NCBI GenBank assembly: GCA_963843845.1
Contig: CAWJMB010000002.1
Span: 2,272,001 to 2,336,000, forward strand
Direction: 5' to 3'
Source of the DNA: an uncultured Gemmatimonadaceae bacterium
GTDB lineage: Bacteria > Gemmatimonadota > Gemmatimonadetes > Gemmatimonadales > Gemmatimonadaceae
DNA: 64,000 nt
Position numbers and translations under genes: made by a program. Below are positions 14,437 through 25,345 of the stretch, one piece after another; within the stretch, counting starts at the first letter, position 1, and every line of letters starts with the position of its first letter. The notes beneath the pieces were generated by a model, which searched no databases, was not told the DNA's origin, and was given only the letters and a program-made list of their open reading frames with translations.

Positions 14437-15528
14437 TCACGGCAACTCGATCAGTTCACGCGAAAACCGGGTGAGCACCTCGGGACCAGTCGAGGTCAGG
14501 TGCACGTCGTCCTCGATGCGCACGCCGCCCCACCCCGGTAGGTAGACACCCGGTTCGATCGTCACGACTGCGCCGACCGGCAACGCACCGTCCGCGCCGC
14601 GCGCCAGTCGAGGCGACTCGTGCACGTCGAGACCGAGGCCGTGCCCCAGACTGTGCCCGAACGCCTCGCCAAAGCCGCGCTCGTCAATGTAGTCGCGAGC
14701 CAGCGCGTCGGCATCCCGGCCGCGCATCCCGGCCCGCACGCCCCGCGACGCCAGGTCGTTGGCGGTCCGCACGACCGCGTACACCTCGCGCTGGCGCTCG
14801 CCCGCCCTTCCCACCACGACGGTGCGGGTGATGTCCGAGCAGTAGCCGCCGACGATCGCGCCGAAGTCGATGAGCAGCAGGTCGCCATCGGCGATCCGCC
14901 GCCCGCTCGCGCGCGCGTGCGGCAACGCAGCCCGCTCGCCGCTCGCGACGATCGTCTCGAACGGAAAGCCTTCGCTCCCCTCCTCACGCAGCGCGCGTTC
15001 GAGCACGCCGGCGACGGCGAGCTCGGTCATGCCTCGGCCCACCGCGTCGAGCGTTCGGTGCAGCGCGCGCTCGGCCACCTCCGCGGCCTCGCGGATCAGC
15101 GCGACCTCCTCCGGAGACTTCCGCTCGCGGAGTCGTTCGACGAGGTCGAGCGTGGGGCGCCAGCTCCAGCGCGCCCCCCCTTCGAGCAGCCGCTGGAAGT
15201 CGCGGTGCAGCAACTGCGCGCTCTCGAACCCCGCGACCTGCACGTAGCCGAGCTGCGCCAGCTCGCGCCACAGGCCCGTCCAGAGACTCTGCGATTCGAT
15301 GAACACGCGCGCAAGTGGGCCGACCTGTTCGTGCGCCTGCGTCTGATACCGGAAGTCGCTGACGAACAACGCTTCGCCGCGCCCGGTGACGAGCAGGAGC
15401 GCGCTCGTCCCCGCGAAGCCCGTCAGGTAGCGGATGCTCGCGAGTCCGGTGACGAGCACCGCGTCGAGGTGAAGACGGTCCAGCTCTGCCGCGACCGCCG
15501 CGAGCCGCTCACCGCGTCGATCGGTCAC
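14437..15528 (-). CDS. Xaa-Pro aminopeptidase (M24 family)
   Basis: [47 protein letters not shown]. Confidence 0.95.
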   Translation of the reverse strand: MTDRRGERLAAVAAELDRLHLDAVLVTGLASIRYLTGFAGTSALLLVTGRGEALFVSDFRYQTQAHEQVGPLARVFIESQSLWTGLWRELAQLGYVQVAGFESAQLLHRDFQRLLEGGARWSWRPTLDLVERLRERKSPEEVALIREAAEVAERALHRTLDAVGRGMTELAVAGVLERALREEGSEGFPFETIVASGERAALPHARASGRRIADGDLLLIDFGAIVGGYCSDITRTVVVGRAGERQREVYAVVRTANDLASRGVRAGMRGRDADALARDYIDERGFGEAFGHSLGHGLGLDVHESPRLARGADGALPVGAVVTIEPGVYLPGWGGVRIEDDVHLTSTGPEVLTRFSRELIELP

Positions 15529-15972
15529 GCGACTCCCCGCGCCTGCAGCGCCACCACGAGTCCGCGCAGTCCGAGCTCGTAGCCGAATGTGCCGAAGCCG
15601 CACAGCACGCCGATCGCGTCGGCGGCGAGCATGGAGTGGTGCCGCACCGGCTCGCGCGCGTGAACGTTGCTGATGTGCACTTCGACGAAGGGAATCCCGA
15701 CGCCGACGAGCGCGTCGCGCAAGGCGAGACTGGAGTGCGTGTACGCGCCGGCGTTGATGACGATCCCGTGCGCCCAGCCGGACAGCGCCTGCATCGCATC
15801 GACGAGTTGCCCCTCGCCGTTGTGCTGCACACACCGCAGCGACGCGCCGAGCCGACGTCGCGATCTCGGCGAGTCGAGACTCGACGTCGGCGAGTGTGGC
15901 GGTGCCGTAGACCTCGGGCTCGCGTCGACCGAGCAGATTGAGGTTCGGGCCGTTGATGAGTGCGACGTTCAC
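15525..15972 (-). CDS. aroQ: Type II 3-dehydroquinate dehydratase (frameshifted)
   Basis: [49 protein letters not shown]. Confidence 0.96.
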
Positions 15973-15990
15973 GGCACGGTCGGGATCGAG

Positions 15991-17370
15991 TCAGGACTCA
16001 CGCAGATCCTTCAACCAGGCGTTGAACGCCGCGAGATCCTCTTCGGTCTCCACGGTGGGCTCCTCGGGTGCGACGTCGGCACCCGGCGATACGGCGCTGG
16101 GCCGCGAGGCGACCGCGACCTGCGAGCCGCTGAACGTCGGTGGTGGTGGCGCCGGCGGCGCGGGCCGCGCCGGCGGCGTCTCTTCGAGTCCGACGAAGAA
16201 GCGGTCGAACGAGAGATCGAGTGGTGCGCCCTCCACCGACGGCGCGTGCCGCACCTCCGGCACCTCGGCCGTCTCGGCGAAGGCCTCGCCCCACGCCTGC
16301 ACGGCCCACGCGTCGCGCTCGTGCGGTGCGGCGGACGACGTCGGTGACGCGGACGCGGCGGCGGCGACCGTCACCATCGCGTCGGCGGGCGTCTCGGCCA
16401 ACCGACGGAGGAACGCGCCGGCGGTCGGATCCGACGGCACGTCGGGGTGAAGCCGTGCCCGCAACGCGTTCGCGCGGTCGCGGATGCGGGCGTCGCCGGG
16501 CCGCTGCGCGACGAGACGGTCGTAGATCGAGAGCGCTTCGACGTCGTGTCCCTGATCGAGGCAGAGCTGGGCCATCGTCTCGGTGGCGAACGCGCTCGAT
16601 ACGAGCAGATCCGGTGGCGGCTCGCCGCCCGGCGGCTGCGGTTCCGCCGTCGGCGCCGCCACCGCGGACGGCGCCTCGCGCGCCACGTCGACCCGGTGCG
16701 GGTCCGGCTCGACGTCCCCAGTGGTCGACGGCGGAAGATCGAGCCCGACGACGGGGTCGTACGGCGACTCCGGCTCGTCGGCGACCGGAGCGTCATTCAG
16801 GGGCTGGTCGACCGGCTGCCACTCGAAGTCCGCCTCCGAGAAATCGACGAACAGCTCAGCACCGCCGTCCATCTCGACGACCTCGGCCTGCTCGGCCGCG
16901 AGCACAGCGGCGGGCGCGGCGGCGACGAGCTCGTCGCTGCCGACGGACGGTCGTTTTTGGTCGACGGGCGGTACGGTCTCCAACCCGGCCAACGTCGCCG
17001 AGATCGCCTCGTTGTACGGATCCGCATCGAGCACGCGACGATACCACATGCGGGCCGCCGGCGCGTCGTGCGTCGCGCGGGCGATGTCGCCGAGATGGCG
17101 CAGCGCGATGAGATTCTCCGGATCGAGCACGATCGCCCGCTCGAAGACGCGCTGAGCTTCCGCAACCTCCCCCGCCTCGTAGAGCGCCTGGCCGAGCACG
17201 ATGTTCCCGCTCATGTGAGAGGGAAACAGCCGCAGCTGGGTGCGACAGATCGCGATGGCCGTGCTCAGGTCGCCCGCCTTGCGGTACTCGTTGGCGAGCG
17301 GCGCGAAGAAGCGTCTCGGATTCGCGTCGAACTTCGCACGGAGCTCGTCGATCCGAGCGGATGCGGCCAT
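15991..17370 (-). CDS. TPR-repeat protein with acidic/Pro-rich linkers
   Basis: N-terminal TPR-like helices (FAPLANEYRKAGD, VLGQALYEAG, DPENLIALRHLGD), internal TETMAQL..DQGH, C-terminal DLAAFNAWL. Confidence 0.8.
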   Translation of the reverse strand: MAASARIDELRAKFDANPRRFFAPLANEYRKAGDLSTAIAICRTQLRLFPSHMSGNIVLGQALYEAGEVAEAQRVFERAIVLDPENLIALRHLGDIARATHDAPAARMWYRRVLDADPYNEAISATLAGLETVPPVDQKRPSVGSDELVAAAPAAVLAAEQAEVVEMDGGAELFVDFSEADFEWQPVDQPLNDAPVADEPESPYDPVVGLDLPPSTTGDVEPDPHRVDVAREAPSAVAAPTAEPQPPGGEPPPDLLVSSAFATETMAQLCLDQGHDVEALSIYDRLVAQRPGDARIRDRANALRARLHPDVPSDPTAGAFLRRLAETPADAMVTVAAAASASPTSSAAPHERDAWAVQAWGEAFAETAEVPEVRHAPSVEGAPLDLSFDRFFVGLEETPPARPAPPAPPPPTFSGSQVAVASRPSAVSPGADVAPEEPTVETEEDLAAFNAWLKDLRES

Positions 17371-17431
17371 GCGTGCCCCTCGTCGGGCGGACAACGGTTG
17401 GGCGCTCGGACGTGCAGCGGCGGGCACGCAG

Positions 17432-17461
17432 ATTCTACTCCGCGACGCGCCGGGATGTCAA
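17432..17461 (-). promoter_or_regulatory. Near-consensus sigma70 promoter TTGACA-N18-TAGAAT for the TPR-aroQ-peptidase-accBC-comB-ftsK run
   Basis: tgtcaa at 17456-17461 and attcta at 17432-17437 on the + strand. Confidence 0.7.
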
Positions 17462-17492
17462 CGGCGCGACGACGCAGAAGTCGCTCACTCCC

Positions 17493-17522
17493 TTGATTTT
17501 AGCTCTCGCGGCGGGGTACCTT
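17493..17522 (+). promoter_or_regulatory. Putative divergent promoter TTGATT-N18-TACCTT for the surA-like gene
   Basis: Sigma70-like hexamers in the divergent spacer; AGGAG SD precedes the GTG at 17609. Confidence 0.5.
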
Positions 17523-17608
17523 TTTCGGCTTCCTGTTCGCGTCGGCCTGTCCACACGGCCGCGCCATTCCCACCCCGCCTTATTCGCCTCTAGGCCAGGA
17601 GTTCGTCC

Positions 17609-19445
17609 GTGCTGCAATCGATGCGGAGTGCCGCGAAATATGTCTGGATTTTCATCGCGGTCGCGTTCATCGGCGGCTTCCTCTTCGCGCAGGCGTCCGG
17701 GCTCCTCGGTCGGGCGCCGGTCACGACTTCGACGGCGGTCGCCGAGGTCAACGGCGAGAAGATCCTCTACACCGACTGGCAGCGGGCCGTCCAGGCGCGC
17801 AACCAGCAGGCGAACCAGCAGGCCGGCCGCGCCCTGACGCTCGACGAGCAGACGCGCGTGGAGCAGCAGGTCTTCGACGACATGGTGAACGAGGCTGCTC
17901 CTGCGTCAGGAGTACGAGCGCCGCGGCATCTCGGTCAGCGACGAGGAGATCATCGAAGCTGCACGCACCCAGCCGCCCCCGAGCTGGCGAACAGCGCCGA
18001 GTTGCAGACGGAAGGGCGCTTCGACCCGGCGAAGTATCAGCGATACCTGTCGAACCCGGCGGCGCGCGAAGGGGGGCTGCTCGCCTACCTCGAGCAGTAC
18101 TATCGCCAGGAGATCCCGCGTCAGAAGCTGTTCGCGCAGGTCGCGAGCGACGTCTACGTCTCTGACGGGCGCCTCTGGTCGATCTGGCAGGACTCGCACG
18201 ACTCGGCACAGGTGACCTACGCCGCGCTCCGCGCCGAGTCGATCGCCGACTCGGCGGTGCAGGTGTCGGACGGCGAGATCTCGTCGTACTACGGCGCGAA
18301 CAAGAAGCAGTTCGAGCGGCCGGGCCGCGCGGTGCTCTCGCTGCTCACGCATCTCCCGCTCGCTCACGTCTGCGGACTCGGCGGCGTCGCTCGCGCGCGG
18401 CGAGCGCGTGCGCGCGCACGATCGTCGGCGGGCAGAAGTTCGAGGACGTGGCGCGCCGCGAGTCGTCGGACTCGGTCTCGGCGCAGCAGGGTGGCGACCT
18501 CGGGAGCGGCGCTCGCGGACGGTTCGTCGCCGAGTTCGAGAAGGCCGCATACGCGCTCGCCGATCGGCGACGTGTCGCAGCCGGTGCTGTCGCAGTTCGG
18601 CTACCACCTGATCCGCGTCGACTCGAAGAAGGGCGACACGCTCAGCGTCCGACACATCCTGATCCCGATCCAGCAGAGCGATTCGAACTCCGCGCGTTCC
18701 GACCGGCTCGCGGACGACGTCGCGAAGATCGCTGCATCGCAGGAAGATCCGAAGAAGTTCGACGAGGCGGTCGCACGTCATCGTCTGAGCCGCGCGACGG
18801 TCGTCGCGATCGAAGGCGAGCCGGTGAGCTGGCTCGGCAAGCCGGTCCCGAGCGTGAGCGCGTGGGCGTTCACGGGTGCGCGTCCCGGCGAGACGAGCGA
18901 TCTGTACGACGCTCCCGACGCCTATTACCTCGCTCGCCTCGACTCGCTGACCGAGGGAGGCCAGCAGCCGCTCTCGGAAGTTCGCGACGAGATCCGTCAG
19001 CGGCTCGCGCAGGAGAAGAAGGTCGAGCAGCTCCTTCCCAGAGGGCAGCAGCTGCGCGCAAGCGGCCGCGCGCAGCTCGCTCGAGGCGGCGGCGACGGCC
19101 GCCGGGCTGAAGACGCAGTCGACGGAGATGTTCACGCGGGGGTCGCTGGTGCCGGGCCTCGGACAGTTCACGCAGGCGGTCGGCGCGGCGTTCGGCGCGC
19201 CTCAGGGCTCGATCACCCCCGCGATCCCGTCGCGCGACGGAGTCTACGTGCTGCGCGTGGATCGGCGCGTGAACGCCGACAAGGGCGCGTGGGAGGCGCA
19301 GAAGGCGGAGCAGCGTCAGCAGGTGACGCAGGCGCTTCGTCAGCAACGTGTGCGCGACTTCCTCGTCGATCTGCGCGAGCGCGCGAAGATCGAAGACAAC
19401 CGCAAGGCGGTGCAGGCATCGGCGCGGCGGCAGGCGGCGAGCTGA
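17609..19445 (+). CDS. SurA/PpiD-like periplasmic peptidyl-prolyl isomerase chaperone (frameshifted)
   Basis: N-terminal TM anchor, VAEVNGEKI, rotamase motifs SAQQGGDLG...FVAEFEKAA, VSQPVLSQFGYHLI. Confidence 0.9.
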
Positions 19446-19476
19446 CCGCGTCGCCCGCGCCACGCGGGAATGCACG

Positions 19477-19516
19477 AAGCCCCGGCGTCTCATCGCAGTG
19501 AGACGCCGGGGCTTTT
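19477..19516 (+). terminator. Rho-independent terminator between convergent surA-like and tatA genes
   Basis: 16-bp stem AAGCCCCGGCGTCTCA / TGAGACGCCGGGGCTT ending in TTTT. Confidence 0.85.
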
Positions 19517-19537
19517 GGTGTGGAGCTCTCGCGATCC

Positions 19538-19825
19538 TCAGCCGATCAATCGCTTGGGAGTGCGCGTCGTTTCGGCGTCGGCCACCGACTCGGCCGGTGC
19601 GGCGCGGAGCGCGTCGCGGTCGGCCACGGGGGCGACCGGGGGCACCATCGCATCGCGTGCCGGCTCGGTGATCGCCCGTTGGGCGTCACTCATGTTGCGC
19701 TTGAATTCGTTGATCCCCTTTCCGAGCGACCCCGCGACCTCCGGGATGCGCTTCGCGCCGAACAGCAGGAGAACGATGAGGAGGATGATGAGAATCTCAC
19801 CCATCCCGAGGTTGCCTAAGCCCAT
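19538..19825 (-). CDS. tatA: Twin-arginine translocase TatA/TatE subunit
   Basis: [36 protein letters not shown]. Confidence 0.96.
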   Translation of the reverse strand: MGLGNLGMGEILIILLIVLLLFGAKRIPEVAGSLGKGINEFKRNMSDAQRAITEPARDAMVPPVAPVADRDALRAAPAESVADAETTRTPKRLIG

Positions 19826-19834
19826 GGTGTGCTC

Positions 19835-20116
19835 CTAGAAAAGCGATCTGGCGATCAGGTATGCGATCAGTACGCCAACCAGACTCAGCAAGGACACGTC
19901 GACGGCCACGGGCCCCAACCCGAACTTCAATATAATCAGGTCGAGTTGCAGGGGACCGACCGACGGCGTCACGCCAGTCGTCAAGAATTCTTTGACCCCG
20001 CCGGCCGGTAAAAAGATTCGCGCTGCCTGGGTGAGCAGGCCGCCGGTGACGAATCCCGCGGCGAGCACTGCCAGGTGAAACGCCGGCCTGCGGCGCGTCG
20101 TGCTGCGCGACGCCAT
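19835..20116 (-). CDS. Small membrane protein (DUF4321-like)
   Basis: 93 aa, two hydrophobic segments, GP..LDL..LKF pattern; family assignment from memory. Confidence 0.7.
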   Translation of the reverse strand: MASRSTTRRRPAFHLAVLAAGFVTGGLLTQAARIFLPAGGVKEFLTTGVTPSVGPLQLDLIILKFGLGPVAVDVSLLSLVGVLIAYLIARSLF

Positions 20117-20118
20117 GG

Positions 20119-21125
20119 CTACCAGCGGCGATCGAGCACGTAACCGATCGCGTCGAACAGCGCGGTGCGCGCCGGCGAGTCGGGGAGCGAGGCGATCGCG
20201 TCTTCGGCCTCGCGGGTGACCTGCTCACCGCGGCGTCGGGCGTATTCGAGGCCGCCGTACTCGCCGACGATGCGCGACCACGTCGGCGACCTGCCCGTCT
20301 TCCGGCTCCGCGGTCGCGAACAGCTCCTCGACGCGGCGGCGAGACGCGGACGGCATCTCGCGCAACGCCGCGATCAGCGGCAGCGTCACCTTGTGCTCGC
20401 GGAGATCGAGACCGGTCGGCTTCCCCGTCATCTCCTGCGCCTCGGTGTAGTCGAGCAGGTCGTCGGCGATCTGGAACGCCACGCCGAGCCGCTCGCCGTA
20501 CTGCGAGAGTGCGGTCGCGATAGCGAGGTGCGCCGCACAGTGCGCCGACCTCACAGGCGGTCTTGAACAGTGCCGCCGTCTTCGCCCGGATGAGCGTGTA
20601 GTAGTCGTTCTCGTCGAAACGCAGCGCGTCGAAGGCGCCGAGCTGGCGCAGCTCGCCCAGCGTCATCGCCGTCGACGTCACCGCGAACACGCGCATCACC
20701 TCGATGTCCCCGACGCGGACGAGCTCGGCCATCGTGCGGGCGTACAGGTAGTCGCCCATGATGACCGACACCTGGTGACTGAACAGCGCGTTCACCGTCG
20801 GCATCCCGCGTCGCAGAACCGAGTGGTCGACCGCGTCATCATGGACGAGCGTCGCCAGATGCAGCACCTCGACGGTCGCGGCGAGACTCACGGCGCGCGC
20901 ATCGGGCGCATCCTCGACGCTACTCGCCAGGAGCAGCAGCGTCGGCCGGAACATCTTCCCTTTCATCCCCAGCAGGTGCGCGCTGATCTCCGACGCGAGC
21001 GGCAGATCGGCGGCGACGATTCGCAGGATCTCCGGCGTCACTTGCGCCAGTCGGTCGCGGATCGGCGCCTGGATGTCGTGCAGGGCCGCGGCCACGTCGG
21101 CGCGAGAGCGCGCGGACAGAGTCAT
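20119..21125 (-). CDS. Polyprenyl diphosphate synthase (IspB/HepT-like; frameshifted)
   Basis: GKMFRP, LHLATLVHDDAVD..LRRG, KTAALF, FQIADDLLD, DLREHKVTLP. Confidence 0.95.
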
Positions 21126-23005
21126 GGAGTCGAGTCGGAGAGCAGGCGGTCTATCGCGTCGCGGAAATCGATGTCGATGGCGACCACGCGGCGGAACCAG
21201 TCGCGAGCTTCATCGGCCCGCCCGAGTCGCGCGTGTGCGTCGCCTAAAAGATACATCACGCCCAGCATGCTACGCTGGTCACCCCCCTGCCCTGCGGACG
21301 CACCAGCGCCGACCAGCACGTCGATCGCGAGCTGCGGTGCCTCGCGGTCCAGAAAGCACTGCCCGAGTGCCTCCCGCGCCCGCAACGACGCAGCGTCCGC
21401 CCGGACAGCGCGTTGAAACTGTGCGATCGCCTCGTCGACGAGCCCCATCTCGCGGAATGCGATGCCGAGGTCATAGTGCGACGCGTGATCGTCGTCGTCG
21501 ACCGTGCGCGCGACGCCGGAGCGGAAGGCGCCGAGCAGTCGGGCGAAGTCGGCGGTCTCGTCGCCCGTCGGCGTGTCCTGCTCCGTCGTGAACCGCGTGC
21601 ACGGCGCTGGCTCCGTGCTTCGCAGCCACGCACCGAGGTCCACGAGATCGCCGCCGGCCGGAAGCACCGTCGCCGGTTCCTCCATCGACGTTGCGGTTCC
21701 TTCATCCAACGAACGCGCCGACCCCGCAGCCTGTTCCGTGGCGACCGGCGCCTCGGTGTCCTGCCATTCCGCGACCGACTCGCCGATGGCCGACGACGCG
21801 CTGCCGATCCAACTGACGAGGGCGAGCGGGGGAAGCTCGCCGGGCAGCGCGCGATCGTGGCGGCCGGCGGGCGTGTCGTCGATCACGCCGTCGATCGCGT
21901 CGTTCATCACATCGCTCATCGCGACGTCCGCCACGTCATCCATCGCGTCGAGCGCGACGATGCCCGACGCAGCACCGTCCCATCCGTCGACGCTCGGCGG
22001 CGCGACGACCTCGTCGGGTGCCCAGTCGAGCAGATCCAGCGAGTCGGGGCCTTCGTCGGCGTGCGCGAGCGGTTCGCCGATGAACTGGAACGTCAGCGCA
22101 TCGGAGTCGGGCGGCACGAAGGCAGCCGGCTCGAACGACAGGAGTCGTACGGCATCGTCCTCGAACGGCACCGACGCGTCTGCGATCGTGTCGCCGAGCG
22201 GTTCGAGGGCGAGCGAGGGGAACGCACCATCGCTCGCGAGACTCGTCGTGTCGAAGCCGGCGATCGCAACGCTGCCAATGTCGCTCCCCGACAGCGCGCG
22301 AGCGTCGAGTGCGAGCGACTCGTCATCGTCGATCGGCGCGTCGAGCGCGCGCGTCACGTCGAGAAAGACGAGGCTCGCATCGCTCGCCGCGCCGCGCGCC
22401 GAGGACGGCGGCGGGGCCGACGCGCCAGCCGCGGAGGGCGGAGCCGAGCGATCCGTCGGCGCCGTCGACGCCAGCATCGCGTCGAGCCGCGCCGCGAGCT
22501 CGGCGCCGCGGCTCCCCTTCTTGAGGTGGGCCGCGAGCGCGGCGCGCGCGTCGTCGCCCGGCGCGCAGAGAGCAGCGAACTCGGTCAGCGCGCGCGACGC
22601 TTCGTCATCGCGCCCGGCGCGGTGCATTCGCTCGGCATACTCGACGTAGTGATGACGGGCGTCGCCGCGAAAACCCTGCTTCGCGTGGAGCACCGCGAGC
22701 GTGTAGTGCGCGGCCGCATTGTCCGTGTCGTGGCGCAGCAGTTTGTTCGAGACGGCGATGGCGTTGTTGAGCAGGCCGCCCGCCGCGTAGCCGTCGATCG
22801 CGCGCTCGTAGTACGTCACGCCTTGCGACGGATCGCCAGCGCGCATCGCGACGTCGCCCGCGCGGTTGTAGAGCGCGACGTCGACGTCTTCCTGCGCCGC
22901 ACGCGTCTCCTCGAACAGCTTCGTGTACGCGACGAGCGCCTTCGCGTAGTGGCGATCCTGCTCGAGCTGCTGCGCCTGCTTCGAGAGCTTCGCGAGGTTC
23001 GACAT
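21122..23005 (-). CDS. Large TPR protein with long acidic linker and C-terminal TPR domain
   Basis: N-terminal TPR helices; C-terminal SHYDLGIAFREMGLVDEAIAQF...DIDFRDA. Confidence 0.8.
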   Translation of the reverse strand: MSNLAKLSKQAQQLEQDRHYAKALVAYTKLFEETRAAQEDVDVALYNRAGDVAMRAGDPSQGVTYYERAIDGYAAGGLLNNAIAVSNKLLRHDTDNAAAHYTLAVLHAKQGFRGDARHHYVEYAERMHRAGRDDEASRALTEFAALCAPGDDARAALAAHLKKGSRGAELAARLDAMLASTAPTDRSAPPSAAGASAPPPSSARGAASDASLVFLDVTRALDAPIDDDESLALDARALSGSDIGSVAIAGFDTTSLASDGAFPSLALEPLGDTIADASVPFEDDAVRLLSFEPAAFVPPDSDALTFQFIGEPLAHADEGPDSLDLLDWAPDEVVAPPSVDGWDGAASGIVALDAMDDVADVAMSDVMNDAIDGVIDDTPAGRHDRALPGELPPLALVSWIGSASSAIGESVAEWQDTEAPVATEQAAGSARSLDEGTATSMEEPATVLPAGGDLVDLGAWLRSTEPAPCTRFTTEQDTPTGDETADFARLLGAFRSGVARTVDDDDHASHYDLGIAFREMGLVDEAIAQFQRAVRADAASLRAREALGQCFLDREAPQLAIDVLVGAGASAGQGGDQRSMLGVMYLLGDAHARLGRADEARDWFRRVVAIDIDFRDAIDRLLSDSTP

Positions 23006-24324
23006 CAGTGCGGCGGTGAGGGCGACGGGTGATTCGGCGCGGCGGTGCGAATGGCAGCTTCCAGCGGGTGGCACGGGACCCCGCGGACCCAGGTTCCGCG
23101 ACAGAGCCGATCGCCATACCAGTACGGCAGCTCGCGCAGATCGTCAGCGTCGAACAGCGCCAGATCGGCCGAGTACCCGGGCGCGATCTGGCCGACGCGA
23201 TCGGCGAGTGCGAGCGCGGCGGCACCGTTCACCGTCGCGGCGACGAGCGACTCGGCGGCGGTGAGGCGGAGCTGGCTGACGGCGAGGGTGAGCACGAGCG
23301 GAAAGTTGACGGTCGGACTCGTTCCGGGATTGAAGTCGCTGGCGAGCGCGATCGCCGCGCCCGCGTCGACGAGCGCGCGGGCCGGCGCCTGCTGCGCGCG
23401 ACCGAGGAAGAGCATCGTGCCGGGGAGCAGCGTCGCCACCGTCTCCGACGCCGCGAGCGCCGCGATCCCCGCGCCGTCGATGGCTGCGAGGTGATCGGCC
23501 GACGTCGCACCGAGGGCCGCCGCGAGCTGCGCACCGCCGGACGTTTCGAGCTCGTCGGCGTGCAGCTTGAGGCGGAGTCCGTGGCGCCGCGCCGCGTCGA
23601 GCACGGTACGACTCTCCTCCACGGTGTAGACGCTCGGCTCACAGAAAACGTCAGCAAATCGCGCCAGTCGCTCGGCGGCGACGCGTGGGAGCATCTCGTC
23701 GGTCAGGACCCGGATGTACTCGGTCCGTCCGCCCGGGCGTCCGCGGTACTCGAGTGGAATCTCGTGCGCGCCGAGGAACGTGGGAACCAGGCGAAGGGGC
23801 AGCAGCTCCTGCAGGCGGGCGATGACCCGGAGCGTCTTGAGTTCGTCGTCGAGCGTGAGGCCGTAGCCCGACTTGAGCTCGACGGTGGTCGTGCCGTGCG
23901 CGGCGAGACGCCGGAGGCGGGGCAACGCGAGCGCGACGAGCTCGCCTTCCGAACGGGTGCGCAGGTCACGCACCGAGCTGTGAATGCCGCCCCCGCGCTG
24001 CGCGATCTCCTGGTAGGGCACCCCGGTCGCACGCAGCTCCTGCTCCTCGTACCGCGCGCGACCGAAGACGGCGTGGGTGTGCGAATCGACGAGTCCGGGC
24101 GTCAGCAGCGCCCCGTCGCAGTCGACGCGCGCCGCCTCTGGGAACCGTCGCGCGAGCACGTCGTCCGCGGCGACCGCGACGACCAGGCCGTCGACGACCG
24201 CGACGCCGAGGCCGCGCGACGCGCCGGCCTCGCGCAGCTCCGCGCGGCGGCGTGCGCGCGGAGCGCCGGAACATGTGACGAGCTGGCCGACGTTGTGGAA
24301 GAGCGTCGGCCGCTGCCCACTCAT
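23005..24324 (-). CDS. hutI: Imidazolonepropionase
   Basis: PGLVDSHTH, GGGIHSSV, GTTTVELKSGYGL, FLGAH, HADEL, SADHL, ASDFNPG. Confidence 0.97.
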   Translation of the reverse strand: MSGQRPTLFHNVGQLVTCSGAPRARRRAELREAGASRGLGVAVVDGLVVAVAADDVLARRFPEAARVDCDGALLTPGLVDSHTHAVFGRARYEEQELRATGVPYQEIAQRGGGIHSSVRDLRTRSEGELVALALPRLRRLAAHGTTTVELKSGYGLTLDDELKTLRVIARLQELLPLRLVPTFLGAHEIPLEYRGRPGGRTEYIRVLTDEMLPRVAAERLARFADVFCEPSVYTVEESRTVLDAARRHGLRLKLHADELETSGGAQLAAALGATSADHLAAIDGAGIAALAASETVATLLPGTMLFLGRAQQAPARALVDAGAAIALASDFNPGTSPTVNFPLVLTLAVSQLRLTAAESLVAATVNGAAALALADRVGQIAPGYSADLALFDADDLRELPYWYGDRLCRGTWVRGVPCHPLEAAIRTAAPNHPSPSPPH

Positions 24325-25307
24325 CGCGCCGCCGTGCCCATCACGTCCGCGACGCGCGACGCGATCCGGATCGGCGCCTGCGCCTCGCCACGGCAGGCGT
24401 AGTAGCAGGCGTTGCAGTCGATCGGCTCGTACGTGCGGTACTCGGACCAGTGAAAGTCGGTCGGGAAGTCCGGGCAGCGTCGGACGTGGCCGGTCGGGCT
24501 CACGTGGATCGTGTCGCGGCCGCTGCGACACGGCTCGGTCATCTCGCCGCGGAGGTAGCGGGGGATCTGCTCGAGGTAGTAGTCGCTGTTCGTGATGACG
24601 CCGCGTCGCCGCCGCTTGAAGGCGAGCAACTCGGCGACGAGCGCATCGATCTCGGCGAGCTGGCCGGGGCGGATGAGATGCGCCGCGTTCCCGTTCTTCG
24701 CGTCGGTATAGACGCTGAAGTTGACGCCGGCGCCCAACGCCACCGCGCGCTCGAGGATCGGCACGATCTGATCGAGGTTGTCGTCTTTGATGACGGTGTT
24801 GAATCGCACGTTGTCGATACCCGCCGCGCGCATGCCAGGGACGGTGCGCATGATCTTGTCGACGAGCCCCGGGATGCCGCGCGCCGCATCGTGCCGACCG
24901 TCGAGGTAGTCGAGCGAGATGTTGAACTGGTGAATGCCCGCGGCCCACAGCGAGCGCGCCCGCTCGACGCTGAGCATGCCGCCGTGCGTGATCAGGGTGA
25001 CGTACTTGAGGCGCACCGCGCCGTCGACGGCCGCCACGAGATCCTCGAGGTCGCGGCGCAGCAGCGGCTCGCCGCCGGTGAACGTGACGAGCATCGGATC
25101 GAAGTAGCGAGCCGCGTCCGCGAAGCTCTGCAGCTCGTGCTGCTTCGCCGACGCGTCCGTCTTCCAGTAGTCGCAGAAACCGCAGCGCGCGTTGCAGCGC
25201 AGGGTGACCTCGAAGTGAACGAGCACGGGGCGGCGGCGCGCCTTGAGCCAGGCGTACTTCGCCAGGAAGAGCGGGACGTGGTGCGGCTTGAACTTCGCGG
25301 ACAGCAT
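24321..25307 (-). CDS. Radical SAM protein with C-terminal Cys-rich (SPASM/twitch-like) domain
   Basis: CNARCGFC (CxxxCxxC), FTGGEPLLR, ISLD; C-terminal C..C..CNACYYAC. Confidence 0.93.
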   Translation of the reverse strand: MLSAKFKPHHVPLFLAKYAWLKARRRPVLVHFEVTLRCNARCGFCDYWKTDASAKQHELQSFADAARYFDPMLVTFTGGEPLLRRDLEDLVAAVDGAVRLKYVTLITHGGMLSVERARSLWAAGIHQFNISLDYLDGRHDAARGIPGLVDKIMRTVPGMRAAGIDNVRFNTVIKDDNLDQIVPILERAVALGAGVNFSVYTDAKNGNAAHLIRPGQLAEIDALVAELLAFKRRRRGVITNSDYYLEQIPRYLRGEMTEPCRSGRDTIHVSPTGHVRRCPDFPTDFHWSEYRTYEPIDCNACYYACRGEAQAPIRIASRVADVMGTAAR

Positions 25308-25345
25308 GGGTGCCTAACGCGTGTGCGAAGGGGCCCGGTGGACCG

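Noticed and set aside
14437..15972. Apparent AroQ-peptidase fusion ORF (511 aa)
   Set aside because: The AroQ C-terminal half is in another frame (15525..15830); indel artefact.
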